A DNA stretch of 34,847 bases from Chloroflexota bacterium (GTDB lineage Bacteria; Chloroflexota; Limnocylindria; P2-11E). The DNA is taken from assembly GCA_016875665.1 (NCBI GenBank), contig VGPA01000001.1:1-34847 (forward strand). Reading direction: 5' to 3'. A program made the translations under genes and the position numbers. Below are positions 32,679-34,847 of this stretch, piece after piece (position 1 is the stretch's first letter; each line of letters opens with the position of its first letter). The notes beneath the pieces were generated by a model. That model had not been told where the DNA came from. It was given only the letters and a program-made list of their open reading frames with translations, and made no database searches.

Positions 32679-33737
32679 GTACCACTCCAGGGTCTGCAGG
32701 AGGCCTTCCGCGAGCCAGTGCTGCGGCGTGAATCCGGTCAGGTGCCGGAGCCTCGTGGTGTCGGGACAGCGCCGCGAGACCGATCCGTCGCGCCGCCCGG
32801 CCTCGCGGATCGGCCGGTCGATTCCCATGAGCTTCATGAGCAGGCGCGTGAGGTCCTCCACACGGATCTCCTCCCGCGCATCCCCGATGTGCACCAGGTC
32901 GGGAGCTTCGGGCAGCGCGCCGACGAGCCGGGTGGCCTCGACCGCGTCGGCCACGTAGCAGAACGCGCGCGTCTCATCGAGGCCGAACACGTCGAGCGGC
33001 CCGGACCCCCCGCGGATGCGGGCGATCAGCTCAGGCACCACATGGCGGTGGCCCATCCGAGGGCCGTAGACGTTGTGGTAGCGGATCACCGTCGTAGGCA
33101 CGCCCTTCGCCTCAGCGAAGCGCAGGGCGAGGAACTCGCCCATGAACTTGCTGGTGGCGTACGAGAACCGGATCTTCGTCGGCTGCGTGAAGACGACGGG
33201 CGCGGATTCATCGGTTGGGACCTGCAGCAGCCCGACGGCGCCGGCGTCGGCATAGACCTCCGAGGTCGAGGAGTAGACGAGGCGCCCGGGCCGCCCTCGC
33301 TCGGCGGCGTCGAGGACGTTCATCATGATGCGTAGGTTCGCGGTCGAGACTTCGTACGGCTTCTCGTAGAAGAGCTGCGTGCCGTTGATCGCGGCGAGGT
33401 GGTACAGGACGTCCACGCCGGCGTGCGGGGCGAGCGCCGCCGCGCCATCGGCCGTGGCAAGGTCGATCCGCTCGAGGTGCACGGAGCCGGAGGCGAGCAG
33501 GCGAGCGAGGTCGGCGTCGACCGCTCCATCGCCCTTCGCGAGGCTGTCGACCAGGGTGACCCGGTCGCCCCTCGAAGCGTGCAGACGAGCGAGGTGGAAG
33601 CCGATGAAGCCGCCGCCGCCGGTGATGAGAACCGTCGCGATGCGGTCAGTGTACGGGCGTTGCGAAGCCGTTTCCGGTAATCTGAGCCTCTGGGCACGGA
33701 TCTTCAGCGGCGCGTCATGGCATACATCCGCGCGCAT
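32661..33737 (-). CDS. Extended SDR, UXS/ArnA-decarboxylase-like; true start uncertain
   Basis: VLITGGGGFIGFHLA, SSTSEVYA, FSYATSKFMGE, RYHNVYGPRMG, ETRAFCYVAD. ATG 33737 is the only canonical in-frame start, but the 32 codons before IATVLITGGGG look non-coding. Only 21 of 31 end in G or C, and they include AGA, TTA, GTA and CAA. See the finding on ATC 33641. Confidence 0.68.
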   Translation of the reverse strand: MRADVCHDAPLKIRAQRLRLPETASQRPYTDRIATVLITGGGGFIGFHLARLHASRGDRVTLVDSLAKGDGAVDADLARLLASGSVHLERIDLATADGAAALAPHAGVDVLYHLAAINGTQLFYEKPYEVSTANLRIMMNVLDAAERGRPGRLVYSSTSEVYADAGAVGLLQVPTDESAPVVFTQPTKIRFSYATSKFMGEFLALRFAEAKGVPTTVIRYHNVYGPRMGHRHVVPELIARIRGGSGPLDVFGLDETRAFCYVADAVEATRLVGALPEAPDLVHIGDAREEIRVEDLTRLLMKLMGIDRPIREAGRRDGSVSRRCPDTTRLRHLTGFTPQHWLAEGLLQTLEWYSAPSA

Positions 33738-34847
33738 CCATGGCTCTCGGCGTTCGCTGCCGTCACCGGCCTGTTGCTGGGCCTCGGCATCGGACTGCCC
33801 CTCTCAAGAGGGCAATTCGGCGCGGTGGTGCTCATCGCCGTCACGTCGGCGCTGGTCGGCCTTCTCTTCCGCCTGCTCGTGCCGAATGAGCACCGGCCGG
33901 CGGTCGGTATCGCGCTGCTGCTCGGGCTGGGCCTGCGGTTCGCCTCCGCCGCGGTCCTGTACTTCGGTGCCGAGGCGCTCGGCCGGACGGTGTTCTCCTC
34001 GACCGTTCCGATCTATTACGTCGTGGGTGATGACGCGAGCTATGCGGAGCTCTCCTGGGGCGTCCTCCAGTGGATGCAGGGCCGACCCGACCCGCGCTTC
34101 TTCCCCGTGTCCTGGTTCGGGCAGGCGTATCTCATCGGATCGTTCTTCTTCCTCGAGCTCTTCGTTTTCTGGATCTTCGGACCGGTCATGCTGCACATCC
34201 AGATTGTCAACGCGGCACTGGGTGGGGCGACGGTGCTGCTCGTGTATGGCATCGCGTCTAGGCTCCTCGGCGCCCGGCCGGCGCTGCTGAGCACGTTCGC
34301 CGTAGCCCTCCTCCCCTCGATCGTGCTGTGGAACTCGGTTGGGCTCAAGGACTCGCTCGCGCTCGCCTTGATCGCGGCGGTCCTATGGCTCTTCCTGCGC
34401 TTCCAAGAGCGGCCGCGCTGGCCGCTCATGCTCGTGATCTTCGTCACGCTCATTCCGATCGAAACGACGAGGCGTTACCTGTACGTCGTCCTCTCGGGCC
34501 TCTTCCCGGTGGCGGTCGCGCTCACCCCGCGCCTCGCGCTGCCGCGACGCATCCGCATGACCGCCGGTGCCGCCCTGCTTGCGTTCGTCCTGCTCTCTCT
34601 CGGCGCCGCTGCCGGCCAGGGTACGTACGGCATTCCCACCGGATTCGCCACGTTCGAGGCCATACGCCTCGGCATGGGTGAGGGAGCCCGGACGAGCTAC
34701 GCCGACCCGCGGGCGATCGTGGTGAACACCGGAGATCGGTTCGTCGTCGTGGACGCGGACCGGACACCGGCACCCACCCTTCAGCCATCCGCGACACCGG
34801 CACCCACCCTTCAGCCATCCGCGACACCGGCACCCACCCTTCAGCCA
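33717..34847 (+). CDS. Polytopic membrane protein, GT-C superfamily glycosyltransferase-like (ArnT/PMT_2-like); 3' end beyond window
   Basis: Absent from the ORF track because it has no stop in the window. My translation from ATG 33717: MAYIRAHPWLSAFAAVTGLLLGLGIGL...YYVVGDDASYAELSW (acidic DD loop)...IQIVNAALGGATVLLVYGIASRLLGARPALLSTFAVALLPSIVLWNSVGLKDSLALALIAAVLWLF... It has at least 9 hydrophobic helices, then a soluble region ending in TPAPTLQPSA repeats. 377 codons are open to the window end. Confidence 0.6.
   Translation, partial: MAYIRAHPWLSAFAAVTGLLLGLGIGLPLSRGQFGAVVLIAVTSALVGLLFRLLVPNEHRPAVGIALLLGLGLRFASAAVLYFGAEALGRTVFSSTVPIYYVVGDDASYAELSWGVLQWMQGRPDPRFFPVSWFGQAYLIGSFFFLELFVFWIFGPVMLHIQIVNAALGGATVLLVYGIASRLLGARPALLSTFAVALLPSIVLWNSVGLKDSLALALIAAVLWLFLRFQERPRWPLMLVIFVTLIPIETTRRYLYVVLSGLFPVAVALTPRLALPRRIRMTAGAALLAFVLLSLGAAAGQGTYGIPTGFATFEAIRLGMGEGARTSYADPRAIVVNTGDRFVVVDADRTPAPTLQPSATPAPTLQPSATPAPTLQP
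34763..34847 (+). repeat. Perfect 30-bp tandem repeat (2.8 copies visible, continues past window end), in frame, encoding (TPAPTLQPSA)n
   Basis: gacaccggcacccacccttcagccatccgc occurs at 34763-34792 and 34793-34822, with a partial copy at 34823-34847. All copies are identical. The repeat lies in frame with the GT-C-like CDS. Confidence 0.95.

Noticed and set aside
34522-34833. Minus-strand ORF with a repeated MPVSRMAEGWVPVS motif
   Set aside because: It is the antisense reading of the same tandem repeat and lies inside the GT-C-like CDS.
34763-34847. 30-bp repeat as a possible CRISPR array
   Set aside because: The copies are directly adjacent with no spacers and lie in frame within a CDS. 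No cas genes are present. This is a coding tandem repeat.
1-34847. Searched for mobile elements, integrases, tRNA or rRNA genes, riboswitch-like leaders, and toxin-antitoxin or defence genes
   Set aside because: None recognised. Intergenic space is nearly absent, and every sizeable ORF with a coding-like composition maps to a sugar-biosynthesis or glycan-assembly family. Wzy, Wzz, ABC-transporter, rmlB and rmlC genes are also not visible and may lie outside the window.

Overview
High-GC DNA (about 70% by eye), almost entirely coding. The whole window is one large surface-glycan biosynthesis island (O-antigen, EPS or cell-wall-glycan type) of about 31 genes in tightly packed, alternating operons.

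Modules I can support:
- (1) dTDP-hexose branch: rmlA, a C-methyltransferase, a Zn-ribbon SAM methyltransferase and a convergent rmlD-like reductase.
- (2) CDP-hexose branch: rfbF, rfbG and a second C-methyltransferase paralogue. This block has visibly lower GC and more Lys than its flanks.
- (3) UDP-uronic acid and uronamide branch: two nucleotide-sugar dehydrogenases, a UXS/ArnA-like SDR, a TviC/WbpP-like SDR and an AsnB-type amidotransferase.
- (4) Tailoring enzymes: Gfo/Idh/MocA oxidoreductase, LbH acetyltransferase, CE4-like deacetylase, WbqC and a second Zn-ribbon methyltransferase.
- (5) Assembly: a WecA/MraY-family initiating phosphotransferase with an unusual C-terminal fusion, GT4 and GT2 glycosyltransferases, and a Wzx flippase.
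- (6) An Arn-like block: a DegT-fold enzyme, SDRs, a polyprenol-P GT2 and a GT-C membrane transferase.

I found no rRNA or tRNA genes, CRISPR arrays, transposases, integrases, or recognisable defence or toxin genes.

Most interesting points:
- A DegT-fold protein has His in place of the Schiff-base Lys. That is the E1/ColD 3-dehydratase signature, but the E1 Fe-S cysteines are missing.
- A CDP-sugar pathway is translationally coupled to a TylCIII-type C-methyltransferase.
- A recombination scar at 11.4-12.0 kb holds an 84%-identical internal fragment of the wecA-like gene next to a 5'-truncated gene relic and its terminator.
- Gene packing is extreme. Ten genes run with no intergenic nucleotides, convergent genes share or abut stop codons, and divergent genes sit 25-34 bp apart with leaderless-type -10 boxes.
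- Two genes have ATC where the start Met is expected.
- A perfect 30-bp in-frame tandem repeat encoding a Pro/Thr-rich linker runs off the window end.

I do not see evidence for a wholly new kind of system. The novelty is in predicted sugar chemistry and gene architecture. All functional calls rest on motif recognition by eye, not on database searches.
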